From contig JAUGWO010000048.1 in NCBI GenBank assembly GCA_049724395.1, forward strand, positions 1 to 64,000: a stretch of 64,000 nucleotides of DNA, read 5' to 3'. Every line of letters starts with the position of its first letter. Within the stretch, counting starts at the first letter, position 1. Below, piece by piece: positions 27,401-42,180 of this stretch. The notes beneath the pieces were generated by a model, which had not been told where the DNA came from, ran no database searches, and saw only the letters and a list, made by a program, of their open reading frames with translations. Source of the stretch: Spongospora subterranea f. sp. subterranea (Eukaryota). A program made the position numbers and the translations under genes.

Positions 27401-30400
27401 TTTACATATAACAACCTTCAAAGAATTCAAAAGAGGTATCAGACTGGCAGGTGCATCAGTGGCAGACACAGGAATTATGACATTCTCGGCATAATCCGTA
27501 TTGCAAGCAACTTGAAAAAGCAGCTGCCGCACGTAATTGGCTTGCGACTCACTATGATCCGGACGATGCAAGATTGCAAGTAATTGAGGAACAACATCTA
27601 CCCATGTTATGGCCGGTGGAAAACAATTGTGAGTAACAAATCCTCGATCGATCAACGCCACAGCAAAGAGAGCATCATGATATGAATACTGATCACATAA
27701 CGATGAAACGATAAGCTAGAGGGCAAATAAGATACACATATTTTCGCAAATGGCCGGAACACTACCTGAGATGCACGCTGGAACAGTTCATATGAGCGAG
27801 ACGCTAACGATGCAATCTGGTTTAACAAACGCGACCCCGATTCAAACTGGTCCCAATCGATCTCCATTCCCAAAGACCTCGACACAATATTACGGATCTA
27901 TAGCATGATTAGCTCATCGGACTTTACAACAATAAGATTTAGACCTTTTGTTCGTCCATAGGTCCTACTCCATTGCATAACTCAGCATTGATCGCGGCAA
28001 ACGCACTGTCAATAGCTTCGGATTCTGATGTAGGAAGAAACATGTGCATGACCTCCGCGATCATCTGAAAAAGTTTCTGCAGAAAATGTTCAATCATTTC
28101 CAAGAAAAAAAAACATATGCTCACCGAAGCATTTGCTGGTTTTTTCTGGTGTGCAATCTCACGAATCGCATTCAACCATCCAGGGGATCGGACATCTGCG
28201 ACGTCAGCGCACCATCTGGCGAAATAGCTGCTGTTACGTAGGACTGAAAATAAAGGGACGTTAGAAAAACAGTGCCATGAAGTTCCGTACTGACCTGTCG
28301 AGGTTGTAAAAATGTACTCTTGTAGATCAACAACGCTTTCAAAATTGTTGTTGCAAAAAATTTCATCGGTCCTCATACATTCTTCCGAAGCAGAATCAAG
28401 CATGAGAAGATGGCACCCAAGGTGAGACGAATTGTGCAGTAGATCCCAGAGTTCCGGTGTATGTGAACTACATGAAGTTTCTGTGATGGAGAAAACCTGA
28501 AACCGTAGTTCTAGTGTTATATCAGAACAAGAGAGCGCCAGCGATGAAAGCTTAGCAGTCATGCGATGATTATTGTGAACCCTCGCACACTTCAGCAAAT
28601 CAGCTAAAATCGAAAGGCGAGGGAAACACGCATGCAGCTCTGATAAAATGTGCAGCGGAGCAGGGCTTAAAACGTTGAAACACGCATCACGACCCGCGAT
28701 AAAACTTTGCAAAATTTGGTCTGTTATTTAGGTTGATAAGATTTCAGACAACATTTGATAACAGTGGACGTACGGTACGCAATGATATTCTGCATTTCAA
28801 AAGCAGAGCAACATAATGTAGAGGTTTGATTCGAAAAGTAAATAAATTTCTGAAGATCAGACCGCGTCTCATCGCTGAGAGCATTATATCCAACAGCTCT
28901 AATCCGAGTACACCATAGTTGGCAGTGCCTCTGGATCAGAGACGGCTCAGAAGCTTTCAACAGTTCGGCCTGCACGTTGTTAGAAAATACAAAGAAGATG
29001 CGAGCCCACTACCTGAAGTTCCTCCCAGTGACATTCAAGCAAAGAAGCGGACGACTCGACGTTTCCCTGGTCGAGAAGCTGCGATGATCGAATTGATAAC
29101 ATGTGAATAAAAGAATTCGCCGTTGGAGCCTGAAAACATGGTATTAGAGATGATTAATTGTTTATGATTATACAACGCGCTTACATTCAAAAGAGAATCC
29201 GTAGAAACATCCACTAGATCCCATTGCCGTAAAGCATGAGAACAATCGGCAATACCACTCCAAGCCAAGTCGATATGTTCTAAATCAGTAGCTGTCCTAA
29301 TCGCATCTGCATATGCGGTTGCCGCATCTTCCATCCTGGAGATCGATTGAAAATGCAAACCCATAAGGAGGTCGTTTACGGTTTGCGACACGTTTATTTG
29401 ATGAGTTTTCAGCCTGACAAATAATGAGCTTTGATAACGGTAACAATGAAAATTACCATATAGAAAGGGCTGGAATATCGCCCGTCATTAATCTTGCTTG
29501 CCGAAGAGCAGAGGCTAAAGGCAAAACCACGGCGCCCGGGTCAAAATGCATGACATCCTGGAGATATTCAGCCCGCTGAATCGAGAAGGGAATACTCATT
29601 GTAAGGCGAAGTAAATGTGGCTGCATACGGTCAAAGAACGACTCGCACACGGCACGATTGGAGATGAAAAATCTAAATATGGTCAGAAAAAAGCAGAGAG
29701 CAACAACGACCAGCAACTAACGGGGCAACCGATGGAAATGGGGATGGTACCACAAGACTTTGAAGGGCAGCTATCGCTGTTAGGCGACGTAAATGAAAAA
29801 AAACCGACATCATTAAAACAGCTGGATAAGGATCCAGGCAATTCAATACGTTCTGACAAAGATGCTCTAATGTCTGAACAGGTTTCCCTGAAAAGTAAGA
29901 GACGTTAGCGATAATTTTCCACCATTAATGGTTTACCTGTGGTGCGAAGCTTATCGTGAACAAGGGTTTTCGAAACATCAATAGTCAAGCACTGCATGGT
30001 CTCATAATCATTGTTATATCGATCAGCCGAAAGAATCTCATCTAAAGCAATAATGTACTCTTGCCCTGACAGGACATTATGGGACTGAAGTCGATCTCTG
30101 AGAACCTTGATTTGAATTTCACCGAAGCAAGAGCTCGAAAGATATGTATCTTCCGGCGAATAAACAGAGACGGAAACCAATAAATCCTAGGCCTCCATGT
30201 AAGTAAGGTTCAATGTAAAAAATAGAAATGTAACCTTGGCAGCAAATTCAACAGCACAATCATCAGGCGCAGAGTGAATCCGATGCCAAAGAACGCGAGT
30301 CCGTAAAGATATGAAACTTCCCCATGGGACACGGCCCAGCCGGGTAAAGCATTCAAACACGGATTGACGAAGAGTTTCAGACCGATTTTTGGATAATCTC

Positions 30401-32063
30401 GTCAGAGATTCACCAATATCGTCCCAAAACTTCGAAGCAATATGAGATAATTTTTGCAACCAACTAGAAAAGAACGCGGGGAAAAACGCTGGAGCGAACG
30501 AAGAACGAAGCAAAGATGTAGCAAGAACTTGTAATTGAGTTTCCTCTGGAAAGCGATCAGATTCATGTCGAAGTATATTGTGAAGTAAAAAATTTAGGAT
30601 CACAAAATCGTCAATGCATTTCCCTGAAATAAGCCACGATGAAAGCATGAAGGCTAGATTCCATTCAGATTTGATTATAACCCGTAGCAGGAAAAGACGT
30701 TGAGAATGTGGAAATATCTGGATAAAGTCAGGTAACTGAATCAGTAAAAGAGTAAAAAAAATTACATGGTTTCCCGATAATATTTGGGATAATAACTCTG
30801 AGCAAACCATGCTCATAGCATCCGATGATAATGACGAAAGCGCAGTGGCTAACAGTTTGCAAATTGCGGGCTCTGTAGAAATGCATTCAAAAGAGCGTCA
30901 TCTGCACAAACTTATCATTCACCATGTGCCTCCGCCAAGAAATCGTTGCCAAGCAACGCAAACGCCTCTCGCACAAGCTCAACCGTAACGCCTCGCAAAT
31001 TTACTAGCAAAGTCAAAATAGATGAGCATTGACTGGTGAGGTTCAGAACGGTTCTTTTGGATTTGAACGCTAAACGTTCCGAGAGCCTTCGAAAAGTGAT
31101 GCGGAGAAGGCATGAAAAGACCTCAAGATCTTGACCTGATGTTTCAATAAACTCGGAAAGTTCCTCTATAAAAACGTCAGTTGCAAAAGTGTAATAAAAT
31201 GTATCCAGCATACTGGTCGCAGTGAAAAGAATTTGAGAATTCCAAGCAGCAGGCGATGATGCGATGGATTCAAGAAAACTGCACATAGTTGCGGCATAGA
31301 TAGGCGGGTTATCAACTCCGACAAGCACCGAGTGAAACATCCTAGAGTGTGTTTAAGAGATTAGTTTGCAAACAGTAAAATTCAATAACCCAATCGAGGA
31401 GACAGTGTCCTGCGAACACGGATTTTGTAGAACTCGTTGAGCAAACAGCTCCAGCGATTGAAGCGCAAATCGTGGATGTTCAGACCAAAGCTGTTTAGAT
31501 GATCTCACCATGTCTGACGACGGTTAAGATACGTGTTTTGAAACGAGACCGAGAGCAGAAGGAATACCGTGTATAAGCGAAATCTCCTCGGCACTTAAGG
31601 ATTCTATTGATTCGTTAGAAAATAAGGCAAAAACAAACCCGACAATCGTTTGAAAGTGCGGTTTGCAGTGAAGTGGCCTCTGCAGGCAAAGCTGGCACGC
31701 AATCCGAACGGAAAGCGACTTTGATATATCGACGCCTTTATGAATTATGAATTCAACCAGACCATCGACAAGCAGTTGATCTCGACCATCCACAAAGTTC
31801 AAGGTATTGTTTGCGACAATCTACGCTTTTGCTAAGACACGTCAACGAGGGAGGGTGTAGCTTGAACACACCTCATTCAATGCTGCCATGGCGAAGAGTT
31901 TGCTTATCAGGCAGTGACGACACAGCTCCATTGACGACTTTGCCTTGCAAATGGCGCAATAACCGCATCTCAGTATGAGCTCTCGTGGAGATATCAGAAT
32001 CCCCAAAGTGAGAAGCAACGCGATTGCAAACTGCGCCCAGTAAACGAGCCATTGGTTGTCCAT
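24408..32063 (-). CDS. SMG1: PI3K-related kinase SMG1 (nonsense-mediated decay)
   Basis: KTKTRPK...YTYLLKGREDL, GYILGVGDRH..NIL, HIDF..VCFEGG.SLRVPETVPFRLT, FATC end EATNKHNLAIMFEGWAAWI, and a long helical multi-exon N-terminus. Confidence 0.88.
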
Positions 32064-32720
32064 TGTTTATATTTCTAAAAAATAAACTCCTTAGAATTTG
32101 AAAATTGACATTTACGAGTTATAAAGAGAACAACCTTGACTCAAATCCGCTTTCAAGACAGGAAACAAGCGAAGAATAATGTTCAAGTAACGTTTGGATT
32201 TGAACATGATGTTCAAGGATCTGTATTAATCACAAACTATATTGATGAACCTGTTTGCGACACAAATAAACCACAACGCACATCTCTGGCGCGATCAAGC
32301 CTTATAGCCGGAGAAGTTTGGTGCTGGTCACTAGAGACTGTCAAAGACCACAGGAGCTTCAACGCCGCCTGGATCTGTATCTGGTCAGACACCGTGCTAA
32401 TGATTGGAGTAAAACCAGAGCATCCGCTCCCGATACCCGTTCCCGAGATTTAAACAAAGCCACAGACGCACGGGATTGCCGGATTGAATTGTGATGATTG
32501 GTTCGGCCTTTAGTGACTATTGCGCAGCCAACTTAGCATGACTGGCTCGTCTCATCACTCAACAAAAAAGTTTGAACATAAAAAAAAGTTCGTAACGAAT
32601 CTGGCTTTTGAGGGCGAGAACCGAATTGGACGGCAGATAATACCGCTGTACCGACTTGATGGCGCAAATATGTTATTTAGCTGAACGAATATAGATATAC
32701 ATGATTTACAATAAATACAA

Positions 32721-33644
32721 CTAGATGGGCCCGAACTGGGCCATACGGTCTTCGAACAGGTTGACGATGGATATCCGAGGGATAGACCGTGTCGTCTGTG
32801 ATGATGACCCGAAGTACCGGCTGAGCCCATTTGATCGTGAATGATTGGGGTCGAGGAGGTGGCCGTTGTTGGGATGGTCAGCTGAACTTTGACATACTGT
32901 GATGTTATCGCTTCCTGGGATATCTGGGCTTTCTGGAACCGAAGTCACAAAACCGTCGATTCCACTTGAGGAAGCAGTGTTTCGGCACGTTCCATTATCG
33001 GCTCACGGGACGAACTTGATGCCGAAACCGATCAAATGTCGGGGTCTCAAATACACACGATGGGAACGTTGAACTATTCGGTAGGGTTGGATGTGGACTA
33101 GGTGTACGAGGCGATTGTTGAACGAAGACGGCGCTTCGGCTGCGAACATGAGGTGGCGATGAGAATCTTGAAGCTTGATCGGACCGATGAGTGAGGCCGT
33201 TGTTCGTAGGAGATGAGGGTTCGTCGCTCAAACAATTGTCATCTTCGTCTGACGACGAGACAATTCGCCTCCTCACTCTGCGCTCATGAAGCAGATTCCC
33301 TTGGGGAAGGCGTCCTGTGGACAATTGCCGCCCAATGGCGCGAGGCGTTGACACGTTGCGCAACCGACGGCGGCGAGCTGGCGCTTCTGTCTCTATCTCC
33401 CCTTCTGCTGCTATAAATCCATCTCCGTCATCATATTCAGATAGAATATATTGATCGTACTCGGCCAGTTCTTCCAAGTCTTCGACCCCTTCTTTACGAT
33501 GTTTTTTTTTCAGTTAGTCGACCAGATCAATGTCCCTTAACCGCTTACCTTGATCGTGCTCGTTCTGTATCTGATTGCGATTCTCGACTTTAATACTGAC
33601 TTTCCCAGATATTATGTGCGAAAAGCGAGTTTTACATCTACCAT
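32721..33644 (-). CDS. Hypothetical low-complexity (acidic/Arg/Ser-Pro) protein
   Basis: ORFs 32995..33477 and 32721..32948 are separated by intron-sized gaps. No recognised domain, and the ends are uncertain. Confidence 0.4.
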
Positions 33645-34290
33645 GGTTGCATCAGGGGAACCGCGTGGTTGAGAGCCCTGCGTAGATCTTACAAGGGGCA
33701 TAAGTTGGTGACGACCGCCCATTGTTCAAGGCAATGTCGGCACATGATATGGCTGCATGACGCCGGGCGTGAAGGCAGAAATGGCTTAGACAAGCATATG
33801 GCACAGCAGAGCGGCTCTGGCTCTGACATCATCAATACATTATTCGTCACGCACTACAAATGACCAAGGGACGGGGCCAGCGATCATCTTCACGACGAAC
33901 CCCAAATACAAAAGTCGATCAAAAATCGGGTAAATCCGCTCAAGTTGGTCTTCACACGTGACTACCATCAGCAATGGAGGGAAAGTCGATCAAAAATCGT
34001 TGTAGTTAATCGACGGAAACGTCCAGTAATAAATATTCGAACACATTTTCGAACTCAGACCAGTATTACTATAAACAAGCAGAAGTCGACGAGGGAATAT
34101 CGTGTTTGTCGACAATGATAACGGGACGGGCACGATGGCGCACACATTCATTGATTAACAATCACTGAAGGTGTTAACGGTGCCTTGAATCATCAAATCA
34201 ACCCTCACCATAGTGATCCTTACGAGCCGAGATATCAACGTAAACTCTGGAAGCTGCGAAAGGGCGGATTCGCAAGGCTGATAAATTGGT

Positions 34291-34878
34291 TTATATATGT
34301 GGTCTCCAGGACTCGATCCATTGGATAATACGCATTGTGTTTTGTTCCATCTCGTCTGGCGTGTTGCTTTGTAGTTCATGAACGATATCAGGATCGAAAT
34401 TTTCGCGAGCTTCGTCGAGACAGACTTGCATAATTTCAGCCTCGATGTTCTCCGAGATCTTGTTTTGCGCATATTTACGGTTTTCGAGGCGTTCGTACAG
34501 AACGGAATTGTCAGTCCTTAGAACGATAATTAGATCGATGACGTCTTCTGGAAACGCATATGATGTGTGGAAATCGATCAAATTCCCCCCTTGTTGCAGC
34601 TGCGGTGTCAAGATCGAAAGCAACTACAATCAAAGCCCCTGTATTAGAACCGGGGGCGAACGCCTGTATTTCCCGCCCACCTTGTCTTCATCCAAAATAA
34701 AACAGTCGAACTCTTCATTGCGCCCTTCATAGCACTGATACTCTTTGACGATGGTACCCACCTCGACATGGACCAATCCCGTTGCCAACTTCACCAATTC
34801 GCAGATTGTTGATTTTCCGCAGCCTGGCGTCCCCGTGATGAGGATGTTTGGACGGCTCCGTTGCGCCCGAGATTCCAT
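34291..34878 (-). CDS. AK6: Adenylate kinase 6 / Fap7
   Basis: PNILITGTPGCGKST, ILDEDK, IDFH and LYERLENRKYAQNKISENIEAEIMQ. One intron. Confidence 0.95.
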
Positions 34879-35360
34879 CGTTTTCCAGTCCTGAAGATTT
34901 TGGGGATTTTCGTGGATCCCGTCACGGACTTTTATCCCTTGATGTTGATTGATCGAGTGTCAACGATAAGGATGATCTCAAAGATTAAATCTGCGTCACA
35001 TTCACATTGTTTCAAGGTAAATGCTCTGTTGTACTAACTATAATTACGCGGTTCTCGGGAGCTGCGGTATGCAAAAAGCATAGCGGTATTAAAATTTCAA
35101 CGTTTTTCCTATTTTTATACAAAGCCATTGTATACAAAGGTTTTCAATTGTAGCAAAAATGGTCACCATTGGTCGCATTATGTCCAAGAATGTGTTGGGT
35201 TGTGTGTTCTGGCCCTCGTGGCCGTGCGTGTGTCGTCGTTCAAACTTCAAACTGTAGTTGGTAACGGGTGCGCAGTGCGTGGGGGCTGCGGATTGCCAAC
35301 CCCACTGGTAACTTCGGCGACGGACGGAGTCTGTTGTGTGACCAGGTTCATTCGTCACCG

Positions 35361-35806
35361 ATGTTGGCGACATTCTGCAAATATCGCCGCTTACTATCCG
35401 CTGTCGCGTCCGACGCAGTCGATGAAACTGTAAAAAAAGTGAAAACGAAGGGGAAAAATTTCTACGAAGTTGCCGATAAACTAGTCGGCGGTGGAAAAGG
35501 ACTAAATTTGTCTCGAAGTCTATGGCGCCGTTATCCAGAGCCTTGCTATTGGACCGTTTCGCGAGTCAAGTTCAGTAAGGTAGTGATTCAAGGAAGACAA
35601 ACTACCTTGAATACTTTTTTTAAAATGAATTTTTCTAGCATGGTCATACTCCAAAAGCGTGGGGAACGCTAACTTGGCGAGGGGTACCCGAAGAAAGGGT
35701 TAGGGAAATACGAGGAACACACAAACGACAATGGCGCGTATTCGAGGCCCAAACACCCCAGGAGGAAAAACCAACGGATGCCGCGAGAATAGAGCAGGAG
35801 CAATGA
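35361..35806 (+). CDS. MRPS34: Mitochondrial ribosomal protein mS34
   Basis: KNFYEV...GGKG..SRSLWRRYPEPCYWTVSRVK, then after an intron KAWGTLTWRG. Confidence 0.8.
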
Positions 35807-35922
35807 TTTCATCTTTGTATCAGTTTATATAAATAAATACGACAATGGCCATGATATTGGGTTGCGGAAGACGTGGCCAATATATACAATTAATGGATAA
35901 AAACGATGCAGTTAAATAAATA

Positions 35923-37698
35923 TTATTTACGCTTGATCTTCTTCGGGGAACCCGCCTGACGCTTGCAGCGCAGGCAACAGCAACAGAGGAACCAGGCGAT
36001 CCTGATCACGAGCAGGACTGACCTTTTGATGGGGACGCCGATCATTTCACAGACAGCAATCGCTTCCAACAGGAAGAACGCTGCACAGTAGACAAGACAG
36101 GAATATTGCTAGGTTAACAAACAAGGAAATTAACAAAAATGGAATGGATATGAAATGTTGCGATTGTGTCGGACCTGAGGTTCGGGAAAACCTGTGCCCA
36201 AATCAACGTGAGCGAGACCCAGCAGCGACGAGACTGCCGGAAGTGTGGAACAAAGAAGGAGAAGGAACGTATTCCTCGCAAGAACCTCTTGCGTCTTTGG
36301 ACCTTGAGTGATTTGTCAATCCGGCAGCCCATTTGAAAATCCAGCTATCCAGGGCGGCGGTCGAGACGGCAACAAATAAGTACATGACCAAGGACATGTC
36401 GGAGATGAACAACACGACGGACGAAATTTGCGGGCGCCACATCTTGCGAAACATTCCATCAATTTCCACGTTGAAAATTCGATAGATAATCATTGAAATA
36501 AAATCCTCACACCTCGCGGCTGCCCTGATCGCGATTCCAATGGGAAATAGAATCGATATAAAAGACATTAGACAGGCTACAATGTTCTGAACCACAGTTT
36601 GACAGCGCCATCTATGTCGAACCGCATCTGAATGTAGAGTTTGCAATTCGTGAAGTCGTTTTTCTAAATCTTCGATCAGCACATCCTCTGCCACTCCGGC
36701 GCACAGAACGTTTCTTGTTGTGTAATCGTCAATATACGGCTTTTGACTACGGTTTGCGGCTTCAATTTGCTGTAGAATAGCTTCCAGTTCGAATTCGTAT
36801 GAGGCTAGAACGTCGGAATCAAGGGGAACCGGCCAAGGGACGAATAAACAATAAGCGTCACGAAGAAGCCTAGGGAACCCGTGTCGAAAGTAGACCAGAT
36901 AGGCCAACAGGCCAGGAATTTGAAACGCGTACCCGCTCATGAGAAACCCAGCCTCAAACGGTTGTCCGGTTACCATAAACTGAAATTGGGAATAGAAAAC
37001 AGTTAAGAGAGGAAATATTTGACGACGTTGTAAAGCGGCAAACCTGAAGGATGGCAAGAGATCCATGGAACGAAATAGCGATTAGCGACTGGATTGTCAA
37101 AGTTTCCAGAACTCGGGACAAGAAACCACTTTGCGACGTTAATCCTTCCGCTTCTTCATAAAGAAAAGCAAAGGGAAATACAACGAAAAATGCAACGGTT
37201 GATGCCCACGATAATCCAGTCCACGATGCTGAAACCCCATTAGTTTGAAAAAGTGATAAACGGTAAACATTCAGAAACCAGTACCTCGTAAAAACTGATA
37301 TTCAACCCAGAAGAAGATGTAGTTGACCTTGAGAACGGAAGCCGAGAAAGCGGCCGCTGAGACGAATAACAAAATCCAAAGACCGCTTAACGCCAGAACA
37401 AACGCACACAAATGAAACCTTAACGTTCGATCAGTCGTCGTTAAACGAAATCCCAAGAGCAATAAATTACGGTAATGTGAGGATGCTATGCCCTGAAAAC
37501 CTGGAGGTGTTTAACCGCCCGGTAGCGCCAATATGCTGGTACGCTAGGGACATGATATATGCTACAGTAAAAAACAGGAACGTCGCCTGAACCCAAAGGA
37601 GTTGATTTAGAACCGGAACAGATGAAAAGTACTCAACTTACGACTCCATATTTCAACTGGGTTGAAAAGGAGATCTGGGATGAGATATCTTCCTCCAT
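35923..37698 (-). CDS. LMBR1-like multi-pass membrane protein
   Basis: Several TM segments and FPFAFLYEEAEG...GFLSRVLET, with a central coiled loop. Multi-exon; ends approximate. Confidence 0.7.
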
Positions 37699-38727
37699 TG
37701 ACCATGAATATCAGGTCGATCTGAGCGGCGCTGGGCCCGGCGACGGTAATTGTCGCGTCTTGCTGAAGATGGTGGATCGCCGTCGCCCTGCCCTCGCCCT
37801 CCTGGGTTCCCCGTCTAGGCTGATCGATAAGCCCTGGCCAGATGGGGCGAGGTCGAAACCGGTTTCATAAAGTGCCCGATAATATATAATCTACGGAGAT
37901 GAGAAGTGATCAACGGTTCAGGTCCCAACTCCCCGTACAACAAATATCCCCAACGGGAAACTGCATCGATTCTGAGGGCAAATGAGCCAACCGCATGAAC
38001 TACTCTGATTATGTCCATGATATCCCCGCCCCCTTCTTGATCAATTCCCCACCGATCAGTATTCGGGTTTTAGCGCCAATCCACAGTTGGCGACCTACTA
38101 AACTGCTGCAATCACTGATTTTCTCATTACTAATCGTTCATGGCCGGGGTTGGCGAGATCACTTTCTTCGCCAACAAAAGGCTCTAAATTGATTGCCAGC
38201 AACGTTTGCTGGCAGGATATAGGTTATTGTCACTGCTATAAACAGTTCATCGGTCTCTGATTGGGTTTATTGGCAATCGTGGACTCGGGTCGGACCCCTA
38301 ATTATCAACTCAACCGTACCAACCAGGTTCTCAAATGTTGATTGGATCCCTATGATCAATGTTTACTATGGACACGCTCCATATAAGAAAGAACACAAGA
38401 GCCATTTGCCCAAATTTGGTCATAGATCTTTTTCGGCAGGATATCGCAAATCAATCCGTCAATATCCTGGCCTGGAGAAATCTGATTTTTGGGGATCGTT
38501 CAATGTACCACATATATCTATTGATTCACCATCTGTGTGGAAAATCTTTCACAACGAAACCCGCTGACAATTTCCACCCAACGCATCGATATGTCGATGA
38601 ATGATCGGGCCAATCCCTTCGACCTGATATCTCAGGAAATCGGACTCCCTTCAGGTAGATAATTCGTTCAACGCAAATGCGTTCTGGATTGGCGGTTCCT
38701 AGTAAGATATTTGGATTTTTTTCAGCA

Positions 38728-39216
38728 ATGGGATTTGGCGCTCCACACCCGTATGCGTTTAGTCGTGGGCCGTCGGCTACAATGCAAATGGATATGATTC
38801 CGGATTTGCCTCCGATGCCAATGCATGGAATGCATCAGATAATCCATGGCCCGGTGCCCAAGAAGGGCAAATCGGGAAACACGAGGAAAGGGGACATGGA
38901 ACGGATCGAAAAACGACGCAAACGGGAGCGGGAAGCAGCGGCGCGATCGCGTCAACGGAAGATGGAGCTGATCGGGACGTTAGAAGCGAAAGTGGCGATG
39001 ATGAAGGACGAGATCCAGGCGCTGAAGCTCCAGGTAATGTCGCTGGGTGGGATTCCGGCAACGGGAGCGATCTCGAACGATATGCACGACAGTAATAGTA
39101 AGAAGATGAAGGCGATACATGTGGAGGAAGAAAGGGATGCCGATCATCATATGAGCAGCCATAATGGGTCGCCAATGGCGGTTCTGAAAATGCGACCCGC
39201 TAGCAGCTCAAAGTAA
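38728..39216 (+). CDS. bZIP transcription factor
   Basis: Basic region KRRKREREAAARSRQRK followed by heptads LEAKVAMMKDEIQALKLQV. There may be an upstream exon. Confidence 0.85.
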   Translation: MGFGAPHPYAFSRGPSATMQMDMIPDLPPMPMHGMHQIIHGPVPKKGKSGNTRKGDMERIEKRRKREREAAARSRQRKMELIGTLEAKVAMMKDEIQALKLQVMSLGGIPATGAISNDMHDSNSKKMKAIHVEEERDADHHMSSHNGSPMAVLKMRPASSSK

Positions 39217-39525
39217 ACGGCTATTTTACTGCTTGTAGATAAATACGCAGCGTTCATTCATAAAGTATTGGCGAAATGATTGTGTTTAATTCCGAAGTTT
39301 TCTCGATGACCTTTATTGAGATCGCCGATATTCGCCAACAATTATCAAATTTTTCTGGCCGGGTTTGTCACTTGTACAGTGTTTGATGTCCGACGTCGAC
39401 TGTCTATCAACTCAAGGATTGCCCATCTTGTGGCTCTCGGCCGAATGCGAACTCGGACGAACCTCCGAGTTCCCCCCTTGCTGGAGAGATTCGCTCAGGA
39501 TCACATCATTCGTTATTCTGTTGTT

Positions 39526-40133
39526 ATGGCAACGACACAAGGTTTATCGAAATCCGACCAACTGAAGAGCCGATGGGCAACCGGCTGCAACTGCTGGATG
39601 GCTGGTTCGGCTCCTGTATACTTGTGCCCTCGGTCGTATCGCATGAAGGGGACGCGTCCCTTCCCTGATTTTGTCCAACCAGGAATGGTAAGGACCCGAG
39701 TATCTGCAGGTTTTGTCAAGTTGTCTCAGGCTGCTCTTAGGCTGCGTTTGAGATCACCGCTTTCAACCCATACGGGGACGCGGTCGATGACGAAGTGAAC
39801 AAGAGGAGAAGCCTCGAACTGGAGATGGAGATCATTGGACGTTTTTCACCGTTTAGATGGTACCGCACGTATTTTTTCAGTGAGAACGGGTGGAGAGAAG
39901 ACGGGTTCCTTTTGGTTTATCATGATAAGAGGGTTGATGATTTCAACTGGATAATGGATATGGCAAGACGATACGGCCAAGGCGCCATCTATCGATATCG
40001 TGTTGAAGAATCCGATAGAGCGGCAGGTGACCCCAGTCGAAGAAAGCTATTGCGAACAACTGTCCCGGTTCTGACTCCAAATGTTGAATGTGAAATTGAA
40101 ATGGTTGCTGACGATAACTGTTTCACTGGATGA
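39526..40133 (+). CDS. DUF3293-like protein
   Basis: After an intron at about 39688-39740: ITAFNPYG...N....L...WREDGF...ARRYGQGAIY. Confidence 0.65.
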
Positions 40134-40174
40134 ACTACTTACTGTCAACGGAAAGCCATCGCCAATGATAATCA

Positions 40175-42180
40175 CTAGAAATTGTCAAGATTTAATGAAT
40201 GTTTTGCAGTATCAGGTCGTCCTTGAATCATACATGCAAATACCAGAAACCCAACATTTAATAAAATTCCGACACCCAGGGCACCTGGATTTGAAAACCC
40301 CATCGAGACTAATGTGAAGAAGATAACGGACGACTTGACCATTGTGAGACCCCAGAGACCAAACCACCCTCCAGGTACTTTGAAAGGACGAAGAGTGGTT
40401 GACTCTTTATACCGTAAAACGACAAAAGCTGCGAATTCCAGGAGAAGCGCGATACTATAGACAAATGTTAAACGCGATATTGAGGATACCGCATTTGTAC
40501 CATGTGAAGACCATGTCAAGCTGTATCAAGTTTGTGAGATCCAATTGAACAACGATGCACATAACAGCACACTGCGCCCATAAAGCATTATATGGTATTC
40601 CATCGTTTGTCACCTTTCCCATCCATTCCGGTAAAACACGACACCTTCCTGAAAGTTCAGTTGACGGAAGCATTTTGCGTAAAACGTATGAGGGTAGACC
40701 GATTGTGAGATCGCTGGCCCATAGAGCATGCCACTTGAACATTAGCGGCTAACCCTGCATTGCATAGACCGAGGTTCGACAATAAAGCCGAGACAATCAC
40801 CAGAGTCCCTAACCTAAACATAATAGTCAGATTGTGAATCATTGTTGCCACAAGGCACACCATGGGGCGACGGATTGTGCTGCAGAGAAAAAACCGTTCC
40901 CGCTAGACCATGAAGTTGGATCTGGCATCAATGCGAACCCAAATATCACTGGAAATATATACGCCATGGTGGTGACCATGACCGCAAGAGCAATACCGGC
41001 CTGAATGTCAACCATTGAGAGACTGCCACTTGACGTTGGACGTCATACCGGCAATGTCGTTTTGGGGTCGGCGACTTCTCCAGCGATGGCCCCAATAGAA
41101 TCCCAGCCTGACATACATTATATGTGACTAAACGTGTTGGTATTAGAATAACAATCGCGAAAGAAACCTGTGGATGCCCAAAGCAGCACTGACAATAAAA
41201 CTCCTGTATCACGATGAGTAAAGAGCTGGATAAGCGGAGAACGTTCTCACCCCAGTCAATTGTAGAAGGAATCACAAGCCAATGGTTCATTTGGAATTTC
41301 AGAACCTGCAAAAAAAAGCTAGACGCCCACGGCCCATCACAGAAGAAACAGAGGCAGAATTACCGCAAACGGTGCCTCAATCACAAAAACTGCTAAGGTT
41401 CCGACCATGAGAAACGCTGACACATCAGCAACAACTTCAACACCAGCAGAGTTTACATAAGTTAGCGCAATGATAATCAATGGGCGTGAAATAATCGACG
41501 TCACTGATGAAATATGAGCAGGAAAATACGCCATAAATAAATTTGCTATGAGAACAGATTCGCGTCCTGAACGGAATGATTATGAAAAACAACAAAAATG
41601 ACATACGGTAGATGCATCTGTCGATAGTTCCGGCGACTAAAACGTTTATGGCATTGACGACACCTAATATCTGCCCAAGCCCTCGAAACACCCAGATTAG
41701 GCTGCCACCATTTTCAGGTATCATGGCGGCCAATTCTGCAGTCATCAATGCTTGTGGAATGGTCCAAACAAATGGTAGAGCGATTAATCTATACAAGTAG
41801 TGATTTAGCTCAACCAAAGCGTCACGAGGGCATTATATACCCGATTAGAGTTAGCCCAGCGCCACCAGCGTTGACTGCAACCGTACAATAAGGAATGATA
41901 CTCATCAGTACATATCGGGTGAGTACCTGCCGGCTCTAAACCGAAAGGTCCACCGCATCTGTGCAAAAACACTCTTAGTCGAACTTACACAGGCTTCATC
42001 AAGTCTGTACGTTAGGAAGAAAACCAAAAACACAAACTGGCGCAGCGAGACTGAACGCGTCCCCCTCGGCAGATTTTCACAAGAAAGTCGTTCGCCTCCA
42101 TGAAGAAACTCGTGCGTTTCGCCAAATGCTGCGTCATCACCCCAGGAAGAGCGAACCGAGACGTGGTTGGACCTCATCAT
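40175..42180 (-). CDS. APC-superfamily amino acid/polyamine transporter (PUT/LAT-like)
   Basis: LPFVWTIPQALMTAELAAMIPENGG, GIPYNAL and LEFAAFVVLRYKE..RPFKVP, with many TM exons. Confidence 0.88.

Noticed and set aside
27062..27583. 173-aa plus-strand ORF
   Set aside because: Antisense shadow of SMG1 exons with no motif. The same applies to 25195..25665.
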